A DNA stretch of 64,000 bases from an uncultured archaeon (GCA_963799775.1 CAWCYD010000002.1:323421-387420); one strand, 5' to 3'. Counted from the first letter of the stretch, positions 10,813 to 20,775 are shown. Notes: generated by a model not told the origin, from the sequence alone. Program-made: numbers and translations.

Positions 10813-11967
10813 TCAGTCCACGAATGGCTTGTCGAACTTTAGGATCGCTTGCGCGACCTCTGGCCTCATGAACTCCTTCGGCGGGACCTCCCCGTCAGAG
10901 AACATCTTGCGGAGCTTCGTCCCGCTGAAACTCAGCTTGTCCTCCTCCCCGTGGGGGCACGTCTTCTCGCTCGCGATGCCTGCACATCTCTTGCAGTAGT
11001 AAAACTCGCGGAAGAAGAGCGGGGTGATCCCGAGGTCGGGGAATTCTCTGAAGATCTCCTGTGCCGCGTATGGGCCGTAGTAGTTGCCCACTCCCGCATG
11101 GTCGCGCCCGATGATGATGTGAGTGCACCCGAAGTTCTTTCTCATGATCGCGTGCATTATCGCCTCCTTCGGTCCTGCATATTGCATTTCATAATGCAGG
11201 ACGCTCATGACGACCGACGTCTTGGGATAGTAGTTGGCGATTATCGCACGATACGTGGAGAGTATGACCTGGTCCTTGAAATCGCCCGCCTTCTTCTTCC
11301 CGAGCACCGGGTTGATGAACAACCCATCGACCAGGGCTAGCGCGCTCTTCTGCAAGTACTCGTGGTTGATGTGAGGCGCGTTGCGCGTCTGGAAAGCGAC
11401 CACCGTGTTCCACCCCTTCTCTGAGAAGAGTATCCTGGTCTCTTTAGGCGTCAGCGTGTAGTCAGCGTATTCGCCATGGTCCGGCTTTACGACCGCCTTG
11501 AGCTTCCCCGAGATCGCGCACTCGTTTCCCTCGAATATCTTCGCGACGCCGGGGTGCGCCTTGTTCTCGGTCCCGAAGACCTTGCTCGCGTACTCGTTCC
11601 TGGAGATCTCAAAGTTCCCCTCATATTCCATGAGTGCGACGGGGTACTTCTCCTCGTCGACGAGCAAGATCTCGTCACCCGAACCAAAGTGATGGTTGTG
11701 GGGCCCCAGGAGGAGTATCGGGAAGGTCCAGGGGACGTCGCTCTCCAGGCGCATGTGCTCGAGCACGTTGAGGTAGTCGTTCTCTCCCATGAACCCCTCG
11801 AGGGGGCTGAATACCCCGTTGGCGATGTTCGCGACGACGGTGGCGGTCTCCTTGCTCACCTGGAGCGTCTGTTTCTCCTTGAAGCCCGCCAGAGACGGGG
11901 AGTCCTTCGAGGACTGCTTGATCTGGACGAGCTTGCCGCCGTGCGGTGCGTTCGCCATCTCCAACAC
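10813..11967 (-). CDS. sat: sulfate adenylyltransferase (ATP sulfurylase); ATG at 11958 also possible
   Basis: PHGGKL, FSPLEGFM, AFQTRNAPHINHE, GPKEAIMHA, GRDHAGVG, CxxC...CPH. Confidence 0.97.
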   Translation of the reverse strand: MLEMANAPHGGKLVQIKQSSKDSPSLAGFKEKQTLQVSKETATVVANIANGVFSPLEGFMGENDYLNVLEHMRLESDVPWTFPILLLGPHNHHFGSGDEILLVDEEKYPVALMEYEGNFEISRNEYASKVFGTENKAHPGVAKIFEGNECAISGKLKAVVKPDHGEYADYTLTPKETRILFSEKGWNTVVAFQTRNAPHINHEYLQKSALALVDGLFINPVLGKKKAGDFKDQVILSTYRAIIANYYPKTSVVMSVLHYEMQYAGPKEAIMHAIMRKNFGCTHIIIGRDHAGVGNYYGPYAAQEIFREFPDLGITPLFFREFYYCKRCAGIASEKTCPHGEEDKLSFSGTKLRKMFSDGEVPPKEFMRPEVAQAILKFDKPFVD

Positions 11968-12187
11968 TCAGAGGTACCCGAGGGCCTGCAGCCGCTTCTT
12001 GATCTCGTCCAGGTCCGTGCTCGTGAAAGGCTCAGGGCACCTCCTTCATCTCGTGCATCGCGACCACCTCGCGCAGGACGTAGGTCACGTAGTCAGAGAC
12101 CGACTTGAAACCTGTCTTCTTCGCTATTAGTTTCTCCAGCCTCTTGTGGAGCGTGAGAGGAATCGAGACCGAGGTGTACTTCGTCAT
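11968..12187 (-). CDS. ribbon-helix-helix (CopG-like) regulator, absent from the ORF track because of one extra base near 12037
   Basis: Manual translation: MTKYTSVSIPLTLHKRLEKLIAKKTGFKSVSDYVTYVLRE...EPFTSTDLDEIKKRLQALGYL*; abuts the sat start. Confidence 0.85.
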
Positions 12188-12208
12188 GGCTTTACGAGTT
12201 ACGGGCGC

Positions 12209-12224
12209 TAATTACCTGTAGTTA
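12209..12224. promoter_or_regulatory. candidate operator TAATTA-CCTG-TAGTTA
   Basis: Near-palindrome about 20 bp upstream of the RHH ATG; same motif as at 13441 and 13462. Confidence 0.55.
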
Positions 12225-12236
12225 TGCATTATTTCT

Positions 12237-13422
12237 CAGTATCTCCGAATGACATAGGGTCACCTCCGTCAGGTTGCCAATGGGATTAGGAATGTGAGGA
12301 GGAGGGAGACCTTGACCTCCAATGCGATGATATGCTCTTCATCGTCGCGTCCGTCCTCTCCATTGTCGTTGCGCTCTGAAGAGTTCAGGATGCACCATGC
12401 GTTGTATAGGCATACTGCCACCGCGTAGTAGAGTAGCCTAACCGTGAAGCTCTTCGATTTCGTCCTCGGAAGGAAGATGTTGTGCTCTCTGTAGGCGGTC
12501 TCCACTCCCCAACGGGTCTTGTAACGCTTCAGCAGGCGCTTCGGCCTGCACGACATGTTCGTGGCGAAGAGGTAGCTGATCTTCGTCTCCTCGTCGTCGA
12601 CCCTGACGAGCTTGAACGGTCTGTCGCAAGGATAGGAGACAGATTGACCGTCCTTGAGGTCGATCCTCTTCGTCAGCCGGTTGGGCGTGAAATGGATTGC
12701 ATACAGGTATCCGTTCTCCTGGAGCCAAGAGGGGAGCTCGAGCGATGAGAACCCTCCATCGAAGAGGAGATACCTAACCCTGATTCCCATGTTCCTTATC
12801 CGGTTGAGGGCGTCCTCGATGTAATCCAAGAGATACTCCCTGCTCTTGATGGGCGTCAGGACGATCGTGAGCCTCCTCCCATCGGCGAGGATGCTCGCGG
12901 TGAGGTACTGGTAAGCGTAGCAAGAGCCGGCCTTTGGCCTCGTCCCGTTGACCATGTCGGTCTCATTATCGCCATAAAACATCTGGTCGTGCCAATCAAA
13001 CGCAATCGGGACCGGTCTCTTCAGCAACCCCTTTCTCTTCAGCTCGCCTACCTGCTCCTCGAGGACGATGGAGACGACGCTCTGGAGCTCGTATCTCTCG
13101 ATGCTCTTGAAGCGCATAAGCGCGGTGTCGGAGTTCGGTACCCCGGCTCCAAACTTATTGGAGACGTTGCTCATTCCTTCCGCGTAGGCATTGAGTACAG
13201 ACGAGTTGACAAGGAGACGGATATAGTCCGCCTTCGTGTACAAGTAGCTGGGCTTCACCTCGAAGCACAGTAGCTGGGGCAGGCATCGCATCATGACGGT
13301 ATCGAAGCCTCTGGCTAGATGATTGGAGATCATAGCTGAGGCTTCGGGGTGAAGACTCCCTACGCCCCAAAATCATAACTTGTTGAGCGACGGCTAAAAT
13401 CCGCACTCATTCGGAGATACTG
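12237..13422 (-). mobile_element. insertion sequence, ISH3-like (IS4 superfamily), 1186 bp
   Basis: Perfect 16-bp terminal inverted repeats CAGTATCTCCGAATGA (12237-12252 and 13407-13422), TTCT target duplication (12233-12236 and 13423-13426), internal DDE transposase. Confidence 0.93.
12269..13333 (-). CDS. DDE transposase
   Basis: IAFDWH, LLFDGGF, YKTRWGVETAYR (YREK-like motif). Confidence 0.92.
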   Translation of the reverse strand: MISNHLARGFDTVMMRCLPQLLCFEVKPSYLYTKADYIRLLVNSSVLNAYAEGMSNVSNKFGAGVPNSDTALMRFKSIERYELQSVVSIVLEEQVGELKRKGLLKRPVPIAFDWHDQMFYGDNETDMVNGTRPKAGSCYAYQYLTASILADGRRLTIVLTPIKSREYLLDYIEDALNRIRNMGIRVRYLLFDGGFSSLELPSWLQENGYLYAIHFTPNRLTKRIDLKDGQSVSYPCDRPFKLVRVDDEETKISYLFATNMSCRPKRLLKRYKTRWGVETAYREHNIFLPRTKSKSFTVRLLYYAVAVCLYNAWCILNSSERNDNGEDGRDDEEHIIALEVKVSLLLTFLIPLAT

Positions 13423-13440
13423 TTCTCGACGTGACTTTGG

Positions 13441-13477
13441 TAATTATATATAATCAAACCTTAATTACATATAATTA
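13441..13477. promoter_or_regulatory. two tandem candidate operators TAATTA-N4-TAAT(C/T)A overlapping the TauE promoter
   Basis: TAATTATATATAATCA (13441-13456) and TAATTACATATAATTA (13462-13477), starts 21 bp apart. Confidence 0.6.
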
Positions 13478-13492
13478 GGAAACTCCACCGAG

Positions 13493-14418
13493 ATGGCGTT
13501 CAGCCTGTCGCTGGAGCTCATCATCTTCTTTGCCATCCTGTCGCTCTTTGCCTCGATTGTGAACGGCGGGCTGGGCTACGGATACTCGCTCTCTCGACCC
13601 CGCTGGCCATCCTCGTTGTCGCGAACAGGATACTCAATCCCGCCTACGTGCTGCTGGAAGCCGGGATCAACACGTTCATGCTGATCCTCTCGGGGAAGAA
13701 GAACATCCTGGCGACCTATAGGCGAGCCATCCCACTGATCTTGGCGCTCGTGCCGGGTGTGATCATCGGGAGCCTGATCTTGAACGCGGTCGCACCCCTC
13801 TGGATACGTTTCTTCGTCTACGCTGCCATACTTCCTCTAATCCTGCTACAGGCCGCCGGGTTCAGGAGGCCAGTCAAGGGCGAAGCCGCCGCCGCCGTCC
13901 CGCTGGGGGTGGGGGTAGGGCTGCTCTACTCCATAACGACGATATCGGGTCCACCGATCGCCCTCTTCTGGAATAACCAAGGGCTCAAACAACGAGAGTT
14001 CAAGGCCGCGGTGGCCCAGGTGAGGATCGCAGAGTCTTACCTCACGAGCATCTCGTATTATCTCCTAGGCCTTTTCACCGCCCAGAGCCTTTCCGTCTTC
14101 AAGGTAATCTCTCCGCCTGTCCTGATCGGCATACCTGTGGGCATTTTCATCGTCAGCAAGGTAGCGGTCGAGACATTCAGACGCGTATGCATGGCCTTCG
14201 ACGCGGGGATCGTGGCCTACGGCCTCTCAGCCACCCTGCCGATGCTCTTCGGAGTCAACCCTCTACTCGCTGACGCGTTGTTCGTCGTCGTGCTTCTGAT
14301 GGATCTCACCCTCCTCTATCGTTACTTTAGGGTGAGACCGAAGACGGTGGCGGAGGAGGCAGTGGAACCCAGCCCGACGATGGACGGTGAAAGCCAGATG
14401 GGCAGTCGCGGCGGATGA
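13493..14418 (+). CDS. TauE/SafE family (sulfite/organosulfonate exporter-like) membrane protein; frameshift near 13590
   Basis: ASIVNGGLGYG N-terminal motif, SGPP second repeat, many TM helices; divergent from the sat operon. Confidence 0.82.
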
Positions 14419-14473
14419 CGCGTAACTCGAGTCGCGACAAACGTATAATCTGCCGCAAATCACCGCTCGACCG

Positions 14474-15940
14474 ATGACGCGGCCCACCCTCGAGTCATGG
14501 ACGGAAGAGGCCGAGGACGTCGAGACCGCAAAGAACCTGCTCTACTTCAAACAGCTCGTGGGCCTGAAGTTCGACAAGAAGAGGCTCGGCTCGCTCGAGG
14601 CCAAGTCGAAGACGCTCTACTCGCACTACCTCAAGACCTTCGGAAGCGATGAGAACGCACCCCGCGACCTGTTCTTGATATCGGCGAGCAACGTCGGGGC
14701 AGCCGCCACCTACAAGCAGCTCCTCAAGCTCCACGAGGCCAGGGCGACGAAGATCGTCTCGCGAGAATACAAGTTTCACGAAACGCCTGTGAACTGGGGG
14801 TCTTGGAGGCAGTTCGCGGCGAGCACCGACGACTCGACGACGCGACGCAAGGTGTTCGACGACTTCATCGTCAAGTCCTCAATAGTGGCTCCGCTCATCA
14901 AGTCGAGGTTCGAGACATACGCGTCGTCGGTAGCCGTGTGGGGGGCCTCGCCGCTCGCGATCTACCTCGAGCAGGAGCGCATCTCCTACGACAGGCTCGC
15001 CACGATGGTGGAGCGGCTCGGGGAGCTGGCCGGCTCGGCGTTCAGAGACTCTCTCGAGGAGTACTCCTCTGAGATCCTCGGAAGGCCAGCAGAATACTAC
15101 GATGACTACTACTTCTTCAGGAACAGGGTCTTCAAGAGATACGAGAAGAGGCTCCCGACCAAGGACAAGCCGATCAACAAGATCCTGAAGACGATGAAGG
15201 TGATGGGGCTCGACGCCTCTCGCATCGCAGTGGACGACGCGGACAGGCCCGGGAAGAACGCCTCGGCCTTCTGCTCCGGTATCAAGATCCCCACCGATGT
15301 GCGCATCTCCTACAGGAAGGCCAACCCACTGGAAGACTTCTCGTCGGTCTTCCACGAGTTCGGGCACGGCATCCACTTCGCGTCCATCGACCCCCAGGCC
15401 AGCTTCGCGGACAGGTACGGGGTCGCGAGCGGCGTTGCCGAGATCTTCTCCATCTTCTTCGAGGGGCTCATCCACGAGAAGCTCTACCTGACAGGCCAGC
15501 TCGGGCTCTCGGACGAGGTCGCAGAGGACATCCTCGCGAGGTTCCGGTTCAACAGCCTCTTCTTCGCCAACTTCTACTCCGCGAACTCGCTACTGAAGCT
15601 ACGCTACTGGCACGACGCCCTCGCCTTCGAGTCGCTGGACGAACTCTATTCCGACCTCACGGAGCGCTTTCTCGGAATAAGATACCCGGGGGCCTACTGG
15701 AAGCTTCACCACGTCATGCCGGAGTACATCCTCTACTCGCCGTCGTACCTTATCTCGGCGGTGCGGGCGTTGGAGTTGAGGAACTTCCTGGTCGGGCGGT
15801 TCGGCGAGTCATACTGGACGGAGAAGGGCACCGGCAAGGCGCTGCTCGAACTGATGCGCCCAGGACAGTCGCTCGACCTCGGCTTCTCCAAGCTCGATGA
15901 GGCGAGCTACATGGAGAGCCTATCCCCAAGCGCGAGCTGA
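14474..15940 (+). CDS. zincin metallopeptidase, M3/M32-like
   Basis: RPGKNASAFC, FHEFGHGIH (HExxH), downstream AEIFS Glu, YSPSY. Confidence 0.75.
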   Translation: MTRPTLESWTEEAEDVETAKNLLYFKQLVGLKFDKKRLGSLEAKSKTLYSHYLKTFGSDENAPRDLFLISASNVGAAATYKQLLKLHEARATKIVSREYKFHETPVNWGSWRQFAASTDDSTTRRKVFDDFIVKSSIVAPLIKSRFETYASSVAVWGASPLAIYLEQERISYDRLATMVERLGELAGSAFRDSLEEYSSEILGRPAEYYDDYYFFRNRVFKRYEKRLPTKDKPINKILKTMKVMGLDASRIAVDDADRPGKNASAFCSGIKIPTDVRISYRKANPLEDFSSVFHEFGHGIHFASIDPQASFADRYGVASGVAEIFSIFFEGLIHEKLYLTGQLGLSDEVAEDILARFRFNSLFFANFYSANSLLKLRYWHDALAFESLDELYSDLTERFLGIRYPGAYWKLHHVMPEYILYSPSYLISAVRALELRNFLVGRFGESYWTEKGTGKALLELMRPGQSLDLGFSKLDEASYMESLSPSAS

Positions 15941-15962
15941 GCCTGGTCCGCGCGCGCCGCCC

Positions 15963-16690
15963 TCACAGCAGCGTATTCTTCGCGTTCTCGTAGAGAACGA
16001 GCCCACGTTGCTTTTCGGTCAGGCCTGCGACCCTGACCTTCTGCAGCTCCACCGAGTAGTCGTGAAACGGGTAGTCGGAGCCGAAGACGACCCGGGTCTC
16101 GCCCACCTTCTCTACCGCCTCGCGGATCTTCGAGTGCATCGAGACACCGGACGTCTCGAGGATGATGTTGTCGAACTTCTTGGCGGTGTTGATCGCGGCC
16201 TGGATGTATACGCCATGAGCGTGACCCATGTGGAGCATCACGATTCTCACCTCCGGATACATTTCAGCGAGCTCGCCGATGCTCCACGGTAGCGAGAAAG
16301 GAGGATGACCCGAATGGATCGCGACGGGTATCCGCGCCTTCCCTGCGAACTCGACTATCGGAAGGACCTTCTTCGTCGGTGGGAAGGAAGGCATGGATCA
16401 AGGGATGCAGCTTGATCCCCTTGAATCCCCATCGCGTCACGTATTCCTTCACCATAGGGAGCGCGTCCTTCTCGTGAGGGTTCGGCCAGACGTACCCCAC
16501 GAGGCGTCTGGGATGAGCTTCCACCGTCCTGCGTACCAGCTCGTTATCCGGCGCGAACAGGATGGCCTTCTCCACGTCGAACTCGCTCATCTGCCCGAGC
16601 AGCTCCTCAGGAGAGGAGGAGACGTTGGCCCAGCTCCCAAACCTTCCCACGTGCGCGTGCGCGTCTATGATTTTCTTGGAACTCGAGACC
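15963..16690 (-). CDS. amidohydrolase family protein (frameshift near 16400; start approximate)
   Basis: IIDAHAH, GIKLHP, IHSGH, LHMGH, FGSDYP. Confidence 0.85.
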
Positions 16691-16698
16691 TTTCTCCT

Positions 16699-18318
16699 CT
16701 ATTCAGGCGGGATCTCGGAGTGGACAAGCCTTAGATCGACACCGCGCGACTTGTGGTACCTGAACGAGATGGCGTAAATCAAGACGGGGAGCAGGATGAC
16801 GACGCCCGCGACGATCTGCGCAGACTGCTGGAAGGGGCCAACCGCCGGGTTCTCGATGCTGTTGTATCCAAGGTAAGCGAAGAGCGCGGCTGCGACGGCT
16901 CCGAGAATCGAGATGGCAGGGATCCCCCGTGGTCCCTTTCCGGTCGCGGACTCGTAGACGTCGCGCCGCCTGAAAGGAAGCAGCATGGCGCTGACTGCTG
17001 CCAGGAACCAGACGACGCTGTAGAGAAAGATCGCGTTGACCTGCGCCGAGATGAACGACGTGAAGTACTGCAGATACATGGGGATGAGAGCAAGGGCGGC
17101 GCCGACGATGATGGCATTGACGGGGGTGTGGAACCTGTCGCTCACTCTCGAGAACCACTGCGGTATCACCTTGTCGAAAGACCAGGCGAGGAAGAGCCTG
17201 CTGATGAAGACCAAGCTCAGCCAGGACCAGCCGATGTTGCCGATGAAGAGCCCTATGACGATGAGCCACAACAAGGTGCCGCTGGGGTTGAGCACGGTGG
17301 CGAAGGCCGTGGGCACTGTCGAGAGTGGAACGCCTGCCGAGCCATTGTGTATGGCCCAAGCCTCGATGAAGGGGATGCCGATCACCCTGTCCAGGATGAA
17401 GGTCAGGCCGAACCATATCGCTATGGAGACCGCCTCTGCGAGGATCAGCCCGTAGAGGAGGCTCACGCGAGGCCGTCTGATCTCCCCGCCCACGAACTGC
17501 ATGACAGGGTAGGGACCGATGCTGACGAAGAGCAGAGGGACCACGGCGCTCAGGCTGGCGAGGCTTGCGCCCGGAGTGTAGCCCGAAGAGGATGCGTCAG
17601 AAAATACCTTGGATACCCCGCCCTGGAAGTAGGCGTCATACGAGTTGACAAAATCCGAGTGGCTGCTGGTCAAGAATATCGCGATCACCAGGAGCATCGT
17701 GAAGACGCCGTAACCGAAGAACGAGTACACCACCAACCTGAATATCCTCCCTCCGGCAATCACTAGGGCCCCGCCGACGGCGAGGATGGCCACACCCGCA
17801 GCCATCAGCATCCATGGCGAGCTCGAGACCCCGGGAGTCATCGCGTTGCCCAGGCTCTTGAGCCCGGCGTCATTGAGAACCTGCCCGGCGAAGGACAGCT
17901 GCGTCCCAGCCTCCGAGAATGCCCAATAGGACCCGGAGCCAGCGGAGATCAGAATCGCGGCAAAGAAGAGGAAGCTCGCCACGAACCCGAGAGGAGTTGA
18001 CAAGATTCTAGAGATGAAGACGTAGTCTCCTCCCGAGCGCGGCATCATGCTCGTCAACTGCCAGTAGAGCAAGACGATGACTATCGCGATGACAGCCCAG
18101 ACCGCTAGGCCGGCGTAGTAGTTCACGTTCTGATAGTAGTCGGGTGTTACCCAGAATATCCCTGCCCAACTCGTCAGCCACGGGAAGAAGAGGATGCTCC
18201 AGGTGAAGACGTCCAGCGCCGATAGCTGCCTCACCAGCCCTGTCGCCTGCCTCACAAAGTGGCCCCCGTTTGTGGTCCGGTTGCTTCCCTGTCCCCCCGC
18301 TCCTTGCGCATCGGTCAC
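16699..18318 (-). CDS. APC-family amino acid/amine permease
   Basis: FVRQATGLVR, MPRSGGDYVFISR, GGEIR, SRLFLAWSFD, FHTP; about 12 TM helices. Confidence 0.9.
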   Translation of the reverse strand: MTDAQGAGGQGSNRTTNGGHFVRQATGLVRQLSALDVFTWSILFFPWLTSWAGIFWVTPDYYQNVNYYAGLAVWAVIAIVIVLLYWQLTSMMPRSGGDYVFISRILSTPLGFVASFLFFAAILISAGSGSYWAFSEAGTQLSFAGQVLNDAGLKSLGNAMTPGVSSSPWMLMAAGVAILAVGGALVIAGGRIFRLVVYSFFGYGVFTMLLVIAIFLTSSHSDFVNSYDAYFQGGVSKVFSDASSSGYTPGASLASLSAVVPLLFVSIGPYPVMQFVGGEIRRPRVSLLYGLILAEAVSIAIWFGLTFILDRVIGIPFIEAWAIHNGSAGVPLSTVPTAFATVLNPSGTLLWLIVIGLFIGNIGWSWLSLVFISRLFLAWSFDKVIPQWFSRVSDRFHTPVNAIIVGAALALIPMYLQYFTSFISAQVNAIFLYSVVWFLAAVSAMLLPFRRRDVYESATGKGPRGIPAISILGAVAAALFAYLGYNSIENPAVGPFQQSAQIVAGVVILLPVLIYAISFRYHKSRGVDLRLVHSEIPPE

Positions 18319-18443
18319 TGTGTGGCTTGCCTTTGCCTCTGTCTCCCCGCTCCCTATTAGGTCGTTGCGCTGGCGACCTCTGCTGCCGGCTCAGAGAAAG
18401 GGTTTTACGCCCTTGTCGGTCGACGCCTGAAACGGAGGTCGCA

Positions 18444-18791
18444 TTGAGGAACCCATTCTCTCGGGCGGATGCAAAGAAACCGAGACCGGTCTCTGGATTG
18501 GAGACGATCCCTCAGGGGGCGCAGGTGGTGCCGATGGAGGTAAAGGAGCAGTACGAGATGAACCCGGTCCACATATTCCACCCCAACCCGTACAATGCGA
18601 TCACCGTCCTCAGGAACAAGAAACAGCCCCACGATTTCCTCGTGTGCGGGTGGTATCTCGACACATTCCGGCAGCACGGCTTGGTGACCGGGCTGGTCTA
18701 CAAGGCCGTGTCCAGCGACGAGGACAGGCAGCACGTGACGGCAGAGCTCAAGAAGCTGGACAAGGAAGCAAACATCAAGTTTTCAGTCTGA
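18444..18791 (+). CDS. hypothetical protein
   Basis: GGAGGT Shine-Dalgarno before TTG at 18444; host-like codon usage. Confidence 0.65.
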   Translation: MRNPFSRADAKKPRPVSGLETIPQGAQVVPMEVKEQYEMNPVHIFHPNPYNAITVLRNKKQPHDFLVCGWYLDTFRQHGLVTGLVYKAVSSDEDRQHVTAELKKLDKEANIKFSV

Positions 18792-18879
18792 AAGTGTTCT
18801 AAGGAACACCACGAGGACCCGGTCCATGTCGTCTTCTCCAAAGGGATAAAAAGGGGCCAGAAGGCGCTTTTTTTGCGAA

Positions 18880-19221
18880 ATGACATTGGAGACAAAGACT
18901 CTCCCGCACCTAAAATCTGCAGAGTTCGAGAAGGAAATTCTAAAGGCGCAGACGCCGGCCGTCGTCGACTTCTACGCAGACTGGTGCGGACCATGCAGGA
19001 TGGTCTCGCCGATCATCGAGCAGTTGTCGAAGGAATATGAAGGGAAGGTAAAGTTCGCAAAGGTGAACACGGACGAGAACCCAGACATCGCGATGAAATA
19101 CGGGATCATGAGCATCCCGACCATAATCATCTTCAAGAACGGCCAAGCCGCATCGACGGTGATTGGAGCAGGCCCGGCGTCGATGTACAAGCAGAAGATC
19201 GACGCGGTTCTCAAGAGCTAG
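18880..19221 (+). CDS. trxA: thioredoxin
   Basis: VDFYADWCGPC, SIPT. Confidence 0.95.
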   Translation: MTLETKTLPHLKSAEFEKEILKAQTPAVVDFYADWCGPCRMVSPIIEQLSKEYEGKVKFAKVNTDENPDIAMKYGIMSIPTIIIFKNGQAASTVIGAGPASMYKQKIDAVLKS

Positions 19222-19228
19222 AATAAAT

Positions 19229-20601
19229 CTAGTTCGCCAGGGTGTAGACCCTGTCGCCCTCTTCCTTGGTCCCCTCCTCGCCAATGCTGTTGAGGACGAA
19301 CCTCCTGGACGCGCCTAGCGGCCAGTCGTTTGGTGGGATCTGGCCTTCATGTATCCGCTCGTAGTCCTCGATCGAGAGCTTCTTCTAGCCCCCAGTCGAG
19401 GCATGAGGTCGAACTTCCCTGCGACCTCCTTAAACCTGTTCGACACCGAGTTCGCCTGGATGACTGCGTGGCTCCCGCTCCCATATCCGCAGAGGACGAC
19501 CCTCTTGCCTGCTAAGCTTTCCTTCTCGTTCTCAAACATGCTGTCGAGCCCTACGAATACTGAGACCGAGTAGGAGTTGCCCACCATCTCGGGGCCGATC
19601 ACCGAGCTCCCCACCTTCGTCGCAAAGTCGTCTACGAATGTCTTTGAGTTCATGAACTTGCGCCTAAAGTCACTGTAGGCCTCGCTCATGTAGTAGGCCA
19701 TGTCGTCCATCCCCTCCCTCGAGGGTTCCGGGCCTATCGACGAAACGACGTCCTTCCATCTAGGGAGTGACCTCCACTCGTGCATCAAGAGCGAAGCGTA
19801 GGCGGAGATCACCATCTTCTTGTGGGGGTTGTGGTACACCGCCCTGTCTATAGCGTCAATCGTGGCGGAGTCCTTCGAGGGCTTGATCAAGCCCGTCCTC
19901 GCGGCTCCAGCCTGGAAGTTCAGCCAGGCGAGCTTCATCTCGGTCAGATAGGAGGCATAGGACCTGGCACCGTCGACGAGCGCCACCGTCCTCCCGCCCG
20001 GCTTCTTGAAGTCGCCCTTCTCGTTCCTGAGGGCCGAGCCGTAAGCCCCGGGGATGAGCTCCAACAGCCTTGGGTCCCTCGCGACCAGCACCGCGGCCGC
20101 GGCGGCTCCCTGGGTGGGCTCCTCCCTGCTGTTGAGGTCGTACTTCGCGATGTCTGTCGCAACGATAAGCGCGTACTTTGAGGTGTTCCAGCCCGCTGCG
20201 AACCATGCGCTCGTGTCGAGATACCTCTCCATCCCGCTCACGCAGGCGAACTTCTGCTCGTACCCTAGCACGTGAGAGAGGCTCCCTGTCCCATAGACCT
20301 GCTCGAGCATCCCCACCAGGTCTGAGACGAGCGCGCGGGAGCTGTCCAGGCCGCTTTCCGTGGGCGTGTCTATTCGGAAGATCTCGCTTGGGGAGACCTT
20401 GTAAGCCTCCATGAGCCGATAGGCAGCCGTCGCCGCCATGCTCGACTGGTCCTCGTTCGGAGGGGTGACCGAGAACGTCTTCACTCCGACCCCCTCCGTG
20501 AAGTGCTTGGGCTGGCTTCCTCTTGCCAACGCCAGCTCGGCGTTGTCGACGTAGTAGTCCGGCGAGTAGACGTAGAGCGCCTCAATCCCGACCTTTGACA
20601 T
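19229..20601 (-). CDS. hydroxymethylglutaryl-CoA synthase (frameshift near 19380)
   Basis: TES, KFACVSG catalytic Cys, EPTQGAAA, HNPH, VGNSYS, GYGSG. Confidence 0.9.
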
Positions 20602-20775
20602 TCGGTTCGAACTCGCGCCGCTTTCCCAACTATTTATTGTGTCACTAGCCACAATTCACTTGGACGATTGACGAATAGCAATCTCGGCCAGAGCGTGCCC
20701 CCAAGCGTTTCGGCGATCGTCGGGCCGGCGCGCACCGCCCAACGTTTAGTAGTGGGATTGCGAAAGCCACCGAAT

